Below, piece by piece: positions 10,305 through 20,478 of a DNA stretch of 64,000 nt. The number at the start of each line of letters is the position of its first letter. Positions within the stretch are counted from its first letter, which is position 1. Source of the DNA: an uncultured Candidatus Saccharibacteria bacterium (lineage in GTDB: Bacteria; Patescibacteriota; Saccharimonadia; Saccharimonadales; JAGQNJ01). The DNA is taken from NCBI GenBank assembly GCA_964565615.1, contig CAZMFO010000002.1, positions 16,824 to 80,823 of the forward strand. Reading direction: 5' to 3'. The position numbers were made by a program, and so were the translations under genes. The notes under the pieces were generated by a model. The model was given only the letters and a program-made list of their open reading frames with translations. It was not told the origin of the DNA and searched no databases.

Positions 10305-10895
10305 ATGGTGTCCGAGAAACAAACTCCCAATGGTAGCAGGTTTAATCGTAAGAAAGAGGCCTTGCCATCCCGTATTTTCCAATCAGTAAAATCAAGCACA
10401 CCAAAGCAGAAGCAGGTTTTTTTTGTATGTATACTAGCTGGGTTGACCGTCATTCTCTTGTCATTTTACCTCTATGGCGTGATGGTATCTAATAGTGATA
10501 CTGACGGTAACGGAAGTGCTAGTACTAATGTTTGTGGCAACAATTCTGAATTGCTGAACAGGGTTAATGATGCAAAGAATAGTAATAATACAGATGCCCT
10601 AAAGGCATTAAAGAACGAAATAAAGAGTAAGCAAGGCTATGAGTATGATCAAAATTGTCTGTATGGATTAATAATTTATGCACTTTATAACGGTGACGCG
10701 AAAGAAGCCAGACACAGTTACAACAAGTACAAGGCAATTTATAATAATGATGACAACAAATACCTAACGCTAGGGTTTAAATCTATAGAATCCGTAGAAA
10801 AGCTTGGTCAAGGAGTAGCCAATCTAGAAGAGACAACTAAAGTAATGGAGGATAATGTTCGTGTATTTACCCCACCAAACATTCCTAAGCAATAG
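10305..10895 (+). CDS. hypothetical single-pass membrane protein
   Basis: 196-aa ORF with one TM segment (VFFVCILAGLTVILLSFYLYGVMV). Confidence 0.4.
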   Translation: MVSEKQTPNGSRFNRKKEALPSRIFQSVKSSTPKQKQVFFVCILAGLTVILLSFYLYGVMVSNSDTDGNGSASTNVCGNNSELLNRVNDAKNSNNTDALKALKNEIKSKQGYEYDQNCLYGLIIYALYNGDAKEARHSYNKYKAIYNNDDNKYLTLGFKSIESVEKLGQGVANLEETTKVMEDNVRVFTPPNIPKQ

Positions 10896-12924
10896 ATTTC
10901 GAACGATACTGTTGATCAGTTGGTTATGTGTCGTAAGTGGGATTTGCTTTGTATTTTCTGGCAAAGCCTACGGAGCTCCAGTACCAACGGTATATGAAGA
11001 CACATCGGGATGGCCGGCAGACGCCTTAAGTGTAGTACAGGGCTATTGTAATAATAATCCCGGACAGCCATTGTCAACTACTATATGGATCTCTGATGCT
11101 TCAAATCAAGGTAGGACATCTGTTACTATTGCATCGGGTCAACCGCTTAATTTGGCTTGGCAGATTGGTACCTATAGATGCGGTAGCACATGGAACCCAC
11201 CCACCCCTAATCCAATATTGGGGGGGCAGTATGGTTACTTCAGACCTACAGGTGGACGCTACAGAGTCTTGGATAGCGCCAATAATGCTGGGCCGTGGAT
11301 TAGCATCCCTTCATTAAGTACTGATATAGCTAATGCTTTGACACAACTCCCTCCGCAGGCAAGTGGCTCTAATAATGCGTCTAGGTCATCATGGGCATTT
11401 CCTATAGATACGAGCGGGTTTACACCTGGATCTACTCTTACTGTTGAAGTTGAAGTACCCTCTAAGCAGTATGCATTTTATCCCGGAACACCAAATATAT
11501 TTGTTTGTATTGAGGATAATACTCCAACCATAATGAATGTCCCACCACATCCGCTTTATACCGGCGATCCAAATAACGACGTTTTGAATATCTGTAGGGA
11601 GCCAAGACCAAGCTTGAGGATTACCGTTAATGTCGCACCCATTAGGCACTTTGATCTAACTCCTCAGACACCTGTAATTAATGGGAAGAACAGCGTTAGT
11701 TTTGATATATCGAATAGTGGGGATGGCAATTCTAGATATGATTCTGGTGGTGTTAAAACTGGGGTAACAGCAACCATTAATATTTGGAAGAATCCTGACC
11801 CCACGTATACTACTGGAAGAATCTATAATGGAACCGTAAATAACATAGATATCGGACCAGGTTCAAGCTGGAGTAGTGTATTGGGTAGTATGTATCCTGT
11901 CCCTCTCCCACCAGGGTTAGTTTTGGGAGATCAAATTTGTGCTCAAATTCAAATACAGCCCGCTACGGGTGTTACAGATGGTGCTTCTGACCCGGGAAGT
12001 CGTAGCGCGAATGGTGGCCAGCCCGTTTGCATTAGCCTGATTGCTCGGCCTTACTTTAGGGTTTACGGGGGCGATGTTATTGCTGGTCGTAAGATCGCAA
12101 ATGGGGTTAATGCTGATTGCACCAAGGATGTTGACAAGAGCGTAAAGGGATACACTAAACAAGTTGGTTCTAAGTGGGTTGGTGCTGGGTCGCAGTTCGC
12201 CGTTAGTGCTACAGGTGCAATCGAAGGATTTATGAGTGCTAGTATGCACAACGATGCTTCGGGTGGTAGTGAGGTCCCCAGGCCTAGCGGTGGACTAAGT
12301 TTTATGAACTCAGGCAATGGCCCTGCTAACCCTCTTGGTTTTGATGGTTCTGCATATATTGGCTGTGCCCCGGATTATGATAGTTATGTAAAGAATAATG
12401 GTGGTTATACTCCCAGTGGCGGAGGACCTGCGACTTTATTAAGTGGCTTGCCTGCTGGAAATAGGCTTTACTTAGATGGAGATTTAACTATAAATGGGAA
12501 TATAGAAGATCTAACAACAGAATGGGACTCTATTGCCGATATTAAGCCAGTAATAGTTATTGTAAAAGGTAACATTAATATAGCTAGCAATGTGACGCGA
12601 CTAGATGGGTTATACGTGGCTTTGCCTAAGAGTGACGATACAGGGGTGATTAATACATGCTTTCCAATGTCAGCGAGTTGTAGCAACAATAAGCTTACTG
12701 TTAACGGTGCTTTTGTAGCAAAGACAGTCAACCTTTATCGAACTAATGGAGATCTTGAGTCTGCTACGTCAAATGAGTTGGGTGATAGCCCTCATATAGC
12801 TGAAGTATTTAACTTTCCGACCTCTTTCTACCTAGGCCTAAAATACAATGTCTTTAATCCTACTAACCCAGACGCCGTACAAAGAAAATACGATACCATT
12901 GTTGGTTTACCGCCAATACTATAA
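10855..12924 (+). CDS. large secreted hypothetical protein
   Basis: 689-aa ORF; N-terminal signal-like segment ending GKAYGAP; no recognisable catalytic motif; start uncertain because it overlaps the upstream ORF. Confidence 0.45.
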   Translation: MFVYLPHQTFLSNRFRTILLISWLCVVSGICFVFSGKAYGAPVPTVYEDTSGWPADALSVVQGYCNNNPGQPLSTTIWISDASNQGRTSVTIASGQPLNLAWQIGTYRCGSTWNPPTPNPILGGQYGYFRPTGGRYRVLDSANNAGPWISIPSLSTDIANALTQLPPQASGSNNASRSSWAFPIDTSGFTPGSTLTVEVEVPSKQYAFYPGTPNIFVCIEDNTPTIMNVPPHPLYTGDPNNDVLNICREPRPSLRITVNVAPIRHFDLTPQTPVINGKNSVSFDISNSGDGNSRYDSGGVKTGVTATINIWKNPDPTYTTGRIYNGTVNNIDIGPGSSWSSVLGSMYPVPLPPGLVLGDQICAQIQIQPATGVTDGASDPGSRSANGGQPVCISLIARPYFRVYGGDVIAGRKIANGVNADCTKDVDKSVKGYTKQVGSKWVGAGSQFAVSATGAIEGFMSASMHNDASGGSEVPRPSGGLSFMNSGNGPANPLGFDGSAYIGCAPDYDSYVKNNGGYTPSGGGPATLLSGLPAGNRLYLDGDLTINGNIEDLTTEWDSIADIKPVIVIVKGNINIASNVTRLDGLYVALPKSDDTGVINTCFPMSASCSNNKLTVNGAFVAKTVNLYRTNGDLESATSNELGDSPHIAEVFNFPTSFYLGLKYNVFNPTNPDAVQRKYDTIVGLPPIL

Positions 12925-12976
12925 AAAGAAAAAGTCGCTTGCCTAACAACATAGTGCTTATGCTATAATTGTACCA

Positions 12977-14014
12977 ATGAGTTTATTAACCGGCGTCTCT
13001 GATTTTTTTGGACTGGACATCGGCACCTCAGCAATTAGATTAGTAGAACTAAGAGGGGGTGGGCCAGTCAAACAGCTTGTTCGATTTGGCTATGTGCCAA
13101 TTGATATTAAGCTTTCGATGAGCGATTCTAAGCCCGATCAGCAAAAAGTTAGTGAGATTATTAGAGATTTGCTGGTTCAGGCAAGGGTAGTTAGCAAAAA
13201 TGTAGTTGTTGGCATTCAATCGCAAAGAGTCTTTACTACTTTAGTTGATGTAGATAGGCTATCGTCTGCAGAGCTCGGTAAGTCAATTAAACTACAGGTT
13301 GATTCAATTATTCCAACGCCCGCTACAGAATCCAAAATTGACTGGGCAATGATAGGTGATTCTCCTAAAGATCCATCCAAGGTTGAAGTTTTACTAACAA
13401 GTGTACCAAACGAGTACATTGAAAGTCGTTTAGATATGCTTGAGTCCATCGGGCTTAATGTAATTGCTCTAGAGCCAGATAACTTGGCTCTAAGTCGGTC
13501 GTTATTGCCCCCTGATTCGGTTAGTCCCCAGATGATTGTAGATGTTGGCGAAAACAGTACCGACATCGTTATTGTGGCTAGTGGGGCACCGCGATTAACT
13601 AGATCAATACCTACTGGGGCAAACTCCATCATCAAAGCTGCGGTGCAGAACCTTAATATAGATGAGCCTCAAGCTCGACAGTTTGTTTCTAAATTTGGTT
13701 TAAGCAAAGATCGTCTAGAAGGGCAAATTTTTAATGCTGTTATTACTACGGTTGATATACTAATGTCGGAGATAGAAAAATCTATAAAGTTCTTTACTAA
13801 TCGTTATCAGGTTGGCGTAGAAAAGATTATTATTGCTGGCGCCGGTGCGGTGATTCCTAGTATGCCAGCCTACATAGCCAATAAATCTGGTCTTAATGTT
13901 GAGATAGGTAACTCTTGGCGTAATGTTAGTGTTGGCTCGGCTAGCGAGTCTGACTTAATGGCTTTGTCGCCTTACTTTGCGGTGGCGACAGGATTGGCAG
14001 AGAGGCAAGAATAA
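12977..14014 (+). CDS. pilM: type IV pilus assembly protein PilM (actin-like ATPase fold)
   Basis: FFGLDIGTSAIRLVEL N-terminus, about 345 aa, first gene of the pil cluster. Confidence 0.85.
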   Translation: MSLLTGVSDFFGLDIGTSAIRLVELRGGGPVKQLVRFGYVPIDIKLSMSDSKPDQQKVSEIIRDLLVQARVVSKNVVVGIQSQRVFTTLVDVDRLSSAELGKSIKLQVDSIIPTPATESKIDWAMIGDSPKDPSKVEVLLTSVPNEYIESRLDMLESIGLNVIALEPDNLALSRSLLPPDSVSPQMIVDVGENSTDIVIVASGAPRLTRSIPTGANSIIKAAVQNLNIDEPQARQFVSKFGLSKDRLEGQIFNAVITTVDILMSEIEKSIKFFTNRYQVGVEKIIIAGAGAVIPSMPAYIANKSGLNVEIGNSWRNVSVGSASESDLMALSPYFAVATGLAERQE

Positions 14015-14706
14015 TGGTCCAATTTAACTTGTTACCAGATGTAAAATTAGAGTATCTTAAGGCACAAAAGACAAAGCGTACTGTACTTCTTGGCGTTATT
14101 TCTGTAACTGCCTTGATGGTGTTTATTTTTGTTTTGCTGTTTTTAATTGTTAATGTTTTTCAGAAACAGCACCTTACTAACCTAAACGAAAACATCGAAA
14201 CCAAAACAAAGGAGCTTAAAGCTGTTCCTGATTTAGATAAAGTATTGACTGTTCAAAACCAATTAAAGGTTTTGCCAAAGCTACACGAAGACAAGCCAGC
14301 TACCAGTCGGTTGGCCGGCTATCTTGTTCAGTTGACGCCTTCTGATGCTAAGATTACAGATGTAACTATTGATTTTAGCGCCTCAACGATTGATTTAAAT
14401 GGTACAGCCGGTAACCTAGAGACAATTAACCGATTTGCTGATATTTTAAAGTTTACTAGCTATAAGGTTGTTAACGAGGAAGAGTCAGATAAAGCCTTTT
14501 CGGAGGTAGTACTAAAGGACTTTGGAGTACAGTCAGCTGACGGTGGGCGACCTTCATATGGCATTCAGTTTAAGTTTAATCCAATTATATTCAATAATAC
14601 GAAAAATGTTCAATTAGCAGTGCCAAACATTATTTCTACTCGTTCTATTACCGAAAAGCCAACCGACTTATTTGAGAAGAAGCAACCAACAGCACCGAGG
14701 CAATAA
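14014..14706 (+). CDS. pilN: PilN-like bitopic pilus assembly protein
   Basis: MVQFNLLP N-terminus, single TM, position after pilM with ATGA-type coupling. Confidence 0.6.
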   Translation: MVQFNLLPDVKLEYLKAQKTKRTVLLGVISVTALMVFIFVLLFLIVNVFQKQHLTNLNENIETKTKELKAVPDLDKVLTVQNQLKVLPKLHEDKPATSRLAGYLVQLTPSDAKITDVTIDFSASTIDLNGTAGNLETINRFADILKFTSYKVVNEEESDKAFSEVVLKDFGVQSADGGRPSYGIQFKFNPIIFNNTKNVQLAVPNIISTRSITEKPTDLFEKKQPTAPRQ

Positions 14707-14716
14707 AGGGGAAGAT

Positions 14717-15382
14717 ATGGACGTATCAAAGGGTAAAAGAGAACTTATTTCTAAAGCAAACTCAACGATGGTTGCCGTGTCGGCAATCGGGGCATTTTTG
14801 ATTGTGTTTTCGCTAGTAGCTAGTAAATCGCTGTGGTCGCAACGAACTTATCAGGCCAAAGTAATTGCCAAAAAAGAAAAGGCAGTCGCCCAACTAGAAG
14901 AAAATAAAAAGTCGGTTGAACAGCTTAAGGTTTCATACTCTGCTTTTACTGGCACGCCAGATAACGCTATAGGCGGTAATCCTAATGGGTCAGGAGATAG
15001 AGATGGAAACAATGCCAAAATTGTTCTGGATGCTCTACCAAGTAAGTATGACTTTCCTGCTTTTGTTACCAGCGTCAAAAAACTACTTACTATGAAGAAC
15101 TTTTCTCCTAGATCTATCGGAGGTAGTGATGATGAAGTCGCCCAAAGCAAAGCTAGTGATATCAAACCTGTTGAGATACCGTTTCAGTTTACGACAGAGG
15201 CGGGCGATTATGCTCGTGCTAAAGAGCTTTTGCTTTCGACCGAGCAATCAATTAGGCCTATCAAGATAAAAAAACTATCAATAACAGGAGGCGATGGCGT
15301 AGCTCTACAGCTAAGTATTGACGCTAACTCATATTATCAGGGAGCTAAAGGGTTGACTATTACAAAAGAGGTGGTTAAGTAA
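14717..15382 (+). CDS. PilO-like bitopic pilus assembly protein
   Basis: Single TM followed by a coiled-coil-like segment; position in the cluster. Start set to the ATG at 14717, preceded by aaggggaag. Confidence 0.5.
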   Translation: MDVSKGKRELISKANSTMVAVSAIGAFLIVFSLVASKSLWSQRTYQAKVIAKKEKAVAQLEENKKSVEQLKVSYSAFTGTPDNAIGGNPNGSGDRDGNNAKIVLDALPSKYDFPAFVTSVKKLLTMKNFSPRSIGGSDDEVAQSKASDIKPVEIPFQFTTEAGDYARAKELLLSTEQSIRPIKIKKLSITGGDGVALQLSIDANSYYQGAKGLTITKEVVK

Positions 15383-15618
15383 TGAAGCAAAAAGATTTTG
15401 TATTGATTGTGGTAATTATGATGGTTGCCGGGATATTTTCGTTTATTGTTTCTGGTATGATTTTCGGTAAGCCAGCTGACAGAAAAACGCAAGTTGAAGT
15501 TGTCGAAAAGATTAGTGCCGATTTTCCTAAAATTGATCAAAGGTACTTCAATAAAGACTCCATAAACTCAACGCAACTTATTCAAATTGGCGATCAAAAT
15601 AATCAAGCGCCTTTTTAA
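15382..15618 (+). CDS. small single-TM protein of the pilus cluster
   Basis: 78-aa ORF, one TM, ATGA-coupled to the upstream gene. Confidence 0.35.
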   Translation: MKQKDFVLIVVIMMVAGIFSFIVSGMIFGKPADRKTQVEVVEKISADFPKIDQRYFNKDSINSTQLIQIGDQNNQAPF

Positions 15619-15644
15619 TGGCAAAAGTTGGGGCACGTTGAGTT

Positions 15645-17471
15645 ATGAGTGTCTTATCGGCAGAAGTTCAACAAAAGGTTGAAGATTCTTTAATAGAGCA
15701 AAAATTGATATTGCGCTCAAAGGTAGATGAGCTTAAACAGCGAGCAAAAAGCGACAGCACACCCTTGTTTAGTTTACTGGTTAGCGACGGAAATATATCT
15801 GATGAAGTCCTAACAAAAACTATTGCCCACGTCAGCAATATTCCTTATGTTAATCTGTCAGAGGCAGTTATTAGCAGTAAAGTTTTAGGATTGTTGCCAA
15901 AAGAAGTTGCCGAGCGTTATATGGCTGTCCCTCTTGGAGAAATGCAACATCGGTTGGTGGTGGGAATGCTTGACCCAGACAATGTTCAGGCCATAGATTA
16001 CCTATCTAACAAAATCGGGCGTCCGGTCAAGGTTTTTGCGGCAAGCGAAACAGGTATTCGTAACGTGCTTAAACAGTACAGAACGGCTTCAAATGCCGAG
16101 ATTACTAATGCTTACCCCAATCAAGCTCCCGGAGGTGGGATTGATCTTCCGAGCGAGATAAAAAACTTTAAGGGTGATATAGAAGTTGCACCAGGGTTGC
16201 TACCTAATTCGGCTATCAAAACAATCTCGCAAGATTCACCAATTAGCAAGGTGCTTTCGGCAATTTTGGAGTATGCCGCCAATAATGGTGCTAGCGATAT
16301 TCATATTGAGCCACTCGAGAAGGAACTTCAGATTCGGTGTCGGATAGATGGTGTATTGCGCGAAGTTATGAAGCTCCCAAAAGCTACCGAGCCACCACTA
16401 ATCTCTAGGGTTAAGATATTATCTAGTCTAAAAATTGACGAGCACCGCTTACCGCAAGATGGGCAGTTTACTGTTAACATTGCAGACCGTGATATTGACC
16501 TTCGTATTGCTATTTCACCAGTAGTGTGGGGCGAACAGGTGGTAATTCGCTTGCTTGATAAAACTGGCACTAGCTTAAAACTAGAGGATATGGGGTATAA
16601 AGGTCGTGCTTTGCGTACCATACGGAGAGCACTAGAGCACCCTAACGGAATGGTTTTGACTTCAGGTCCAACTGGTTCTGGTAAGTCAACGTCTATGTAT
16701 GCACTTTTGCAAGAGATAAAGGACGACTCTATTAATATCGTTACCCTAGAAGACCCTGTAGAGTATAAAATGCAAGGGATCAATCAAATACAGGTAAATA
16801 CCGATGTTGGACTAACCTTTGCCTCTGGCTTAAGATCTATTTTGCGTCAAGATCCTGATGTGGTTATGGTTGGAGAAATTAGAGATAAAGAAACAGCTAC
16901 ATTGGCTGTTCAGGCGGCATTAACGGGGCATTTAGTGTTCTCTACACTGCACACAAACTCGGCAGCGGGCATTTTGCCCCGGTTATTAGATATGGGTATT
17001 GAGCCGTTCTTGATAGCCTCAACAGTGCGGACGGTTATTGGGCAAAGACTGGTGCGTCGTTTAGCCGACGGAGCAGAACCATATACCTCAAATGTTGCCG
17101 AAACAACAGCTATACATCAGACATTAGCTGGGATTTTGCCAAAGAATACAACAGAAGTTAAGAAGTTTGCCGAAGATATTGGATATAAAACCTTGCCACT
17201 TATTACCGAAAACGCTTATACTTTATATAAGGGCAAAGATTCTTCTTCTGCGCCCGGTGGCTACAAAGGAAGAATGGGGTTGTATGAAGTGTTTGATGTA
17301 ACACCAGAAATACAGCAACTTATCCTTAAACGAGCAACTAGCAACGAAATTCAAAAGGTTGCCTTAGCTCAAGGTATGGTTAGTATGCGTCAAGACGGCT
17401 ACTTAAAAGCCTTAAGTGGACTAACTACACTAGATGAAGTCAATCGCGTAGCAGCAGACGATAGTGCTTAA
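15645..17471 (+). CDS. pilB: type IV pilus assembly ATPase PilB (GspE family)
   Basis: Walker A SGPTGSGKSTS, Asp box LEDPVEY, Walker B DPDVVMVGEIRD, His box TGHLVFSTLHTN. Confidence 0.9.
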   Translation: MSVLSAEVQQKVEDSLIEQKLILRSKVDELKQRAKSDSTPLFSLLVSDGNISDEVLTKTIAHVSNIPYVNLSEAVISSKVLGLLPKEVAERYMAVPLGEMQHRLVVGMLDPDNVQAIDYLSNKIGRPVKVFAASETGIRNVLKQYRTASNAEITNAYPNQAPGGGIDLPSEIKNFKGDIEVAPGLLPNSAIKTISQDSPISKVLSAILEYAANNGASDIHIEPLEKELQIRCRIDGVLREVMKLPKATEPPLISRVKILSSLKIDEHRLPQDGQFTVNIADRDIDLRIAISPVVWGEQVVIRLLDKTGTSLKLEDMGYKGRALRTIRRALEHPNGMVLTSGPTGSGKSTSMYALLQEIKDDSINIVTLEDPVEYKMQGINQIQVNTDVGLTFASGLRSILRQDPDVVMVGEIRDKETATLAVQAALTGHLVFSTLHTNSAAGILPRLLDMGIEPFLIASTVRTVIGQRLVRRLADGAEPYTSNVAETTAIHQTLAGILPKNTTEVKKFAEDIGYKTLPLITENAYTLYKGKDSSSAPGGYKGRMGLYEVFDVTPEIQQLILKRATSNEIQKVALAQGMVSMRQDGYLKALSGLTTLDEVNRVAADDSA

Positions 17472-17492
17472 AGAAAGAAGGTGGGATAACAA

Positions 17493-18560
17493 ATGGATAC
17501 ACAACCAAGAATAGAAATACTACTAGAAGAAGTCGTTAAAAAGAAGGCGTCAGATTTGCACTTGCAAGTCGGTATGCCTCCTATGCTTAGAGTTGACGGA
17601 CACTTAACGCCAGTACCCGGCACACAGGCTTTGTCAGAGGAGGTTGTAGAGTCGCTAGTCTTTGCTATGTTGGACGAAGATCAAAAACAAGTTTTGCTTA
17701 AAGATAAAGAGTTTGATTTTAGTTTTGCTTTTGGTGACTTAGGGCGGTTTAGGGTTAACGCCTTTCACGAGCGAGGAAACCTTGCATCGGCATTGCGTCT
17801 TATTCCGAATGAGATTTTAACAGTAGAGCAGTTGGGGTTACCCAATGTAATGAATAAATTTGCTCAATACCCTAGAGGTCTGGTTTTAGTTACTGGCCCA
17901 ACTGGTTCTGGCAAATCAACCTCGCTAGCCGCTCTTGTTGATAAAATCAATACCGAACGAGCGGACCATATTATTACTATCGAAGACCCAATTGAGTTTG
18001 CTCATAAGTCAAAGAAGTCTTTGGTTGTTCAAAGAGAGGTTCATTACGATACTTATTCTTTTTCTGCCGCATTACGTAGTGCCTTGCGAGAAGATCCTGA
18101 TGTTGTGTTAATTGGCGAGATGCGAGATTTAGAAACCATTGCTTCGGCCATTACTATTGCCGAAACGGGGCATTTGGTATTTGCTACTCTGCATACAAAT
18201 TCGGCTTCTCAGAGTATCGACCGAATGATCGATGTTTTTCCGCCACATCAGCAACCTCAAATTAGAGCACAGCTATCAAATATCTTAATGGCGATTTGTT
18301 CGCAACGATTAATACCGTCAATTGGTGGCGGGCGAGTAGCAGCCGCCGAGGTTTTAATAGCCACACCGGCTGTTCGCAACATTATCAGAGAAGGTAAAAC
18401 TCATCAATTAGAGGCAGTTATTCAAACAGGCGCCGAGTTTGGTATGCAATCTATGGATAAAACGCTTGTTGGGTTAATCCATGCTGGCACGATTACTTAT
18501 GACGAGGCACGCAACTACGCTGTTGATCTTGATGAATTAGACAGGTTAATGAGGAGCTAA
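17493..18560 (+). CDS. pilT: twitching-motility retraction ATPase PilT
   Basis: ASDLHL, GPTGSGKSTS, IEDPIEF, DPDVVLIGEMRD, TGHLVFATLHT; 355 aa. Confidence 0.9.
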   Translation: MDTQPRIEILLEEVVKKKASDLHLQVGMPPMLRVDGHLTPVPGTQALSEEVVESLVFAMLDEDQKQVLLKDKEFDFSFAFGDLGRFRVNAFHERGNLASALRLIPNEILTVEQLGLPNVMNKFAQYPRGLVLVTGPTGSGKSTSLAALVDKINTERADHIITIEDPIEFAHKSKKSLVVQREVHYDTYSFSAALRSALREDPDVVLIGEMRDLETIASAITIAETGHLVFATLHTNSASQSIDRMIDVFPPHQQPQIRAQLSNILMAICSQRLIPSIGGGRVAAAEVLIATPAVRNIIREGKTHQLEAVIQTGAEFGMQSMDKTLVGLIHAGTITYDEARNYAVDLDELDRLMRS

Positions 18561-18567
18561 TTAGTTA

Positions 18568-19788
18568 ATGCAATCGTTTAAGTATCAGGCACGAGACCCA
18601 GCAACAGGCAAAAAGGTGTCGTCAGTCATTCAGGCCGAAAGCGTGCAATCGGCTGCTAGGCTTATTAAGCAACAGGGGTTATTGGCCATTGATGTCACGC
18701 CGGTTAGTGTGTCTAACGACAGTATGTTTGGCAGAATCACCAACCGCATAACCACAAAAGATAAAGTGCTGTTTTCTCGCCAGCTTTCTACTTTGATAAG
18801 TGCCGGTTTGCCGTTGGTGCAATCGCTACGCAATGTGTCTGGGCAAACACAAAATAAGGCACTTCAGGTTGTTATAGGTAGTATTACTTCTGATATTGAG
18901 GCTGGTAGCTCTTTCTCGGTAGCACTTTCTAAACATCCAAAGGTCTTTAACGAGGTTTTTGTTAACCTAGTGGCCGCTGGCGAGGCATCGGGTACGCTAG
19001 ACAAGGCACTAGAACGCTTAGCCAATCAGCAAGAAAAAGACGCCGAAATAATTAGTAAAATTCGCGGAGCTATGGTTTATCCAGCAATTGTTATTGTGGT
19101 GATGATTGCCGTTGTTGGTTTTATGATTATGGTAGTAATGCCTCAAGTAGAGAAGATCTATACTGATCTTCCGGGTGCGACTTTGCCTCTAGTAACAAGA
19201 GTACTACTGGCTGTATCGCGGTTTTCTTCTAAGTATTGGTATGTTGTTTTGATTATTCTGGCTCTAACTATATTCTTTACCTCTCGTTGGGCACGGACTT
19301 TAGGGGGCAAAGAGGCAATTGATAAGGCAAAGATGAAGGCTCCGGTTTTTGGCCCTTTGTTTATGAAGGTCTATATGGCTCGTTTTTCACGAACAGGCAC
19401 AACTTTAGTAGCCAGTGGTGTTCCGTTAATTCAAGTACTAGAAATCGTGGCTCGAGCTGTAGATAATGTTCATGTAGAGCGGTCTATCATCAAAGCAATT
19501 GAAAAAATAAAGGGGGGCAAGTCGTTATCTGATTCTTTGCGTGGAGATCCGAACTTTTTAAGCCTAGTACCAGATATGATCCATATTGGCGAAGAATCTG
19601 GCTCGTTAGAAGATATGCTATCTAAAACAGCCGACTATTACGAAAAAGAGGTAGATAATCAAATTAAGACTATCTCTACCATAATAGAGCCTATCTTGAT
19701 GGTCTTGCTAGGAATAATTGCCTTTACCATTGTTGCCGCAGTGTTGTTGCCGGTGTATGGCTTAGTTAATCAAACCAATATCATTTAA
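18568..19788 (+). CDS. pilC: type IV pilus platform protein PilC (GspF family)
   Basis: Two GspF-type repeats (FSRQLSTLISAGLPL / FSRTGTTLVASGVPL) and three TM regions; 406 aa. Confidence 0.9.
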   Translation: MQSFKYQARDPATGKKVSSVIQAESVQSAARLIKQQGLLAIDVTPVSVSNDSMFGRITNRITTKDKVLFSRQLSTLISAGLPLVQSLRNVSGQTQNKALQVVIGSITSDIEAGSSFSVALSKHPKVFNEVFVNLVAAGEASGTLDKALERLANQQEKDAEIISKIRGAMVYPAIVIVVMIAVVGFMIMVVMPQVEKIYTDLPGATLPLVTRVLLAVSRFSSKYWYVVLIILALTIFFTSRWARTLGGKEAIDKAKMKAPVFGPLFMKVYMARFSRTGTTLVASGVPLIQVLEIVARAVDNVHVERSIIKAIEKIKGGKSLSDSLRGDPNFLSLVPDMIHIGEESGSLEDMLSKTADYYEKEVDNQIKTISTIIEPILMVLLGIIAFTIVAAVLLPVYGLVNQTNII

Positions 19789-19883
19789 TTTGTGCAAAAG
19801 TGCTTGCATTTTTGTTGGCAAAAGCTTAATATCTTAAACATAAGCAATTAGCTTTAATTAATATCCGTTAAAAGGGGGCAAAG

Positions 19884-20387
19884 ATGTTACAGAAATATAA
19901 AACTAAAAGAGAAGAAGGCTTTACGATAATTGAGGTCTTGATTGTGCTTGCCATTGCAGGTTTAATACTACTAATAGTGTTCTTGGCAATACCTGCACTA
20001 CAACGGAACTCACGCAACACGCAACGCAAAAACGATGCGTCAGCCTTGGCTAGTGCCTATTCGGAATATGTCAATAATCACGGTGGGTCATCACCCGGAA
20101 AAGCAGAAGATGTTTATAATAACGCTAAGCTAGGATTTTATAAGGATCCCGCTACAAATATTACTCTTCCAACTCCTTTAACGACTACATCTACTGGTCC
20201 CGGTGACGCACCAGCAAATACTGATTCGGTTATTATTTTAGTTAATGCCAAATGTGATCCAGCTCTGGAATATAAAGCTGACAATATGATTAGTATGGTA
20301 TCGTATGCTTCTAGGGGTGGCGTAATCCTCTTTAATACAGAGAATGCAGGTAGCGGACATACTACACAATGCGTAAGTGCTGGCTAA
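19884..20387 (+). CDS. type IV major pilin candidate
   Basis: Prepilin leader ...KREEG|FTIIEVLIVLAIAGL with Gly-1, Phe+1 and Glu+5; 167 aa; followed by a strong terminator. Confidence 0.8.
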   Translation: MLQKYKTKREEGFTIIEVLIVLAIAGLILLIVFLAIPALQRNSRNTQRKNDASALASAYSEYVNNHGGSSPGKAEDVYNNAKLGFYKDPATNITLPTPLTTTSTGPGDAPANTDSVIILVNAKCDPALEYKADNMISMVSYASRGGVILFNTENAGSGHTTQCVSAG

Positions 20388-20410
20388 AGCTCATTGCATT
20401 CTAAAAAAAA

Positions 20411-20430
20411 CGGGGGAAACCCCGTTTTTC
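20411..20430 (+). terminator. rho-independent terminator after the pilin gene
   Basis: cgggg-gaaa-ccccg stem-loop followed by ttttt. Confidence 0.6.
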
Positions 20431-20478
20431 TTTGCCCCAAATTAGCTACACCCTTCACACAAACTCCCCCAATTTTTC

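Noticed and set aside
7036-12924. Prophage call for the region holding the collagen-like, SGNH and large secreted proteins
   Set aside because: No terminase, portal, capsid, tail-tube, integrase or lysis genes are visible. Only the fibre-like architecture is phage-reminiscent, so it is reported as a hypothesis rather than a prophage.
13216-13635. 139-aa ORF antisense to pilM. Similar shadow ORFs lie at 16328-16783 in pilB, 11389-12731 in the 689-aa gene, and 57511-58140 in comM.
   Set aside because: Each is fully embedded antisense in a gene with strong motif support, and none has a motif of its own.
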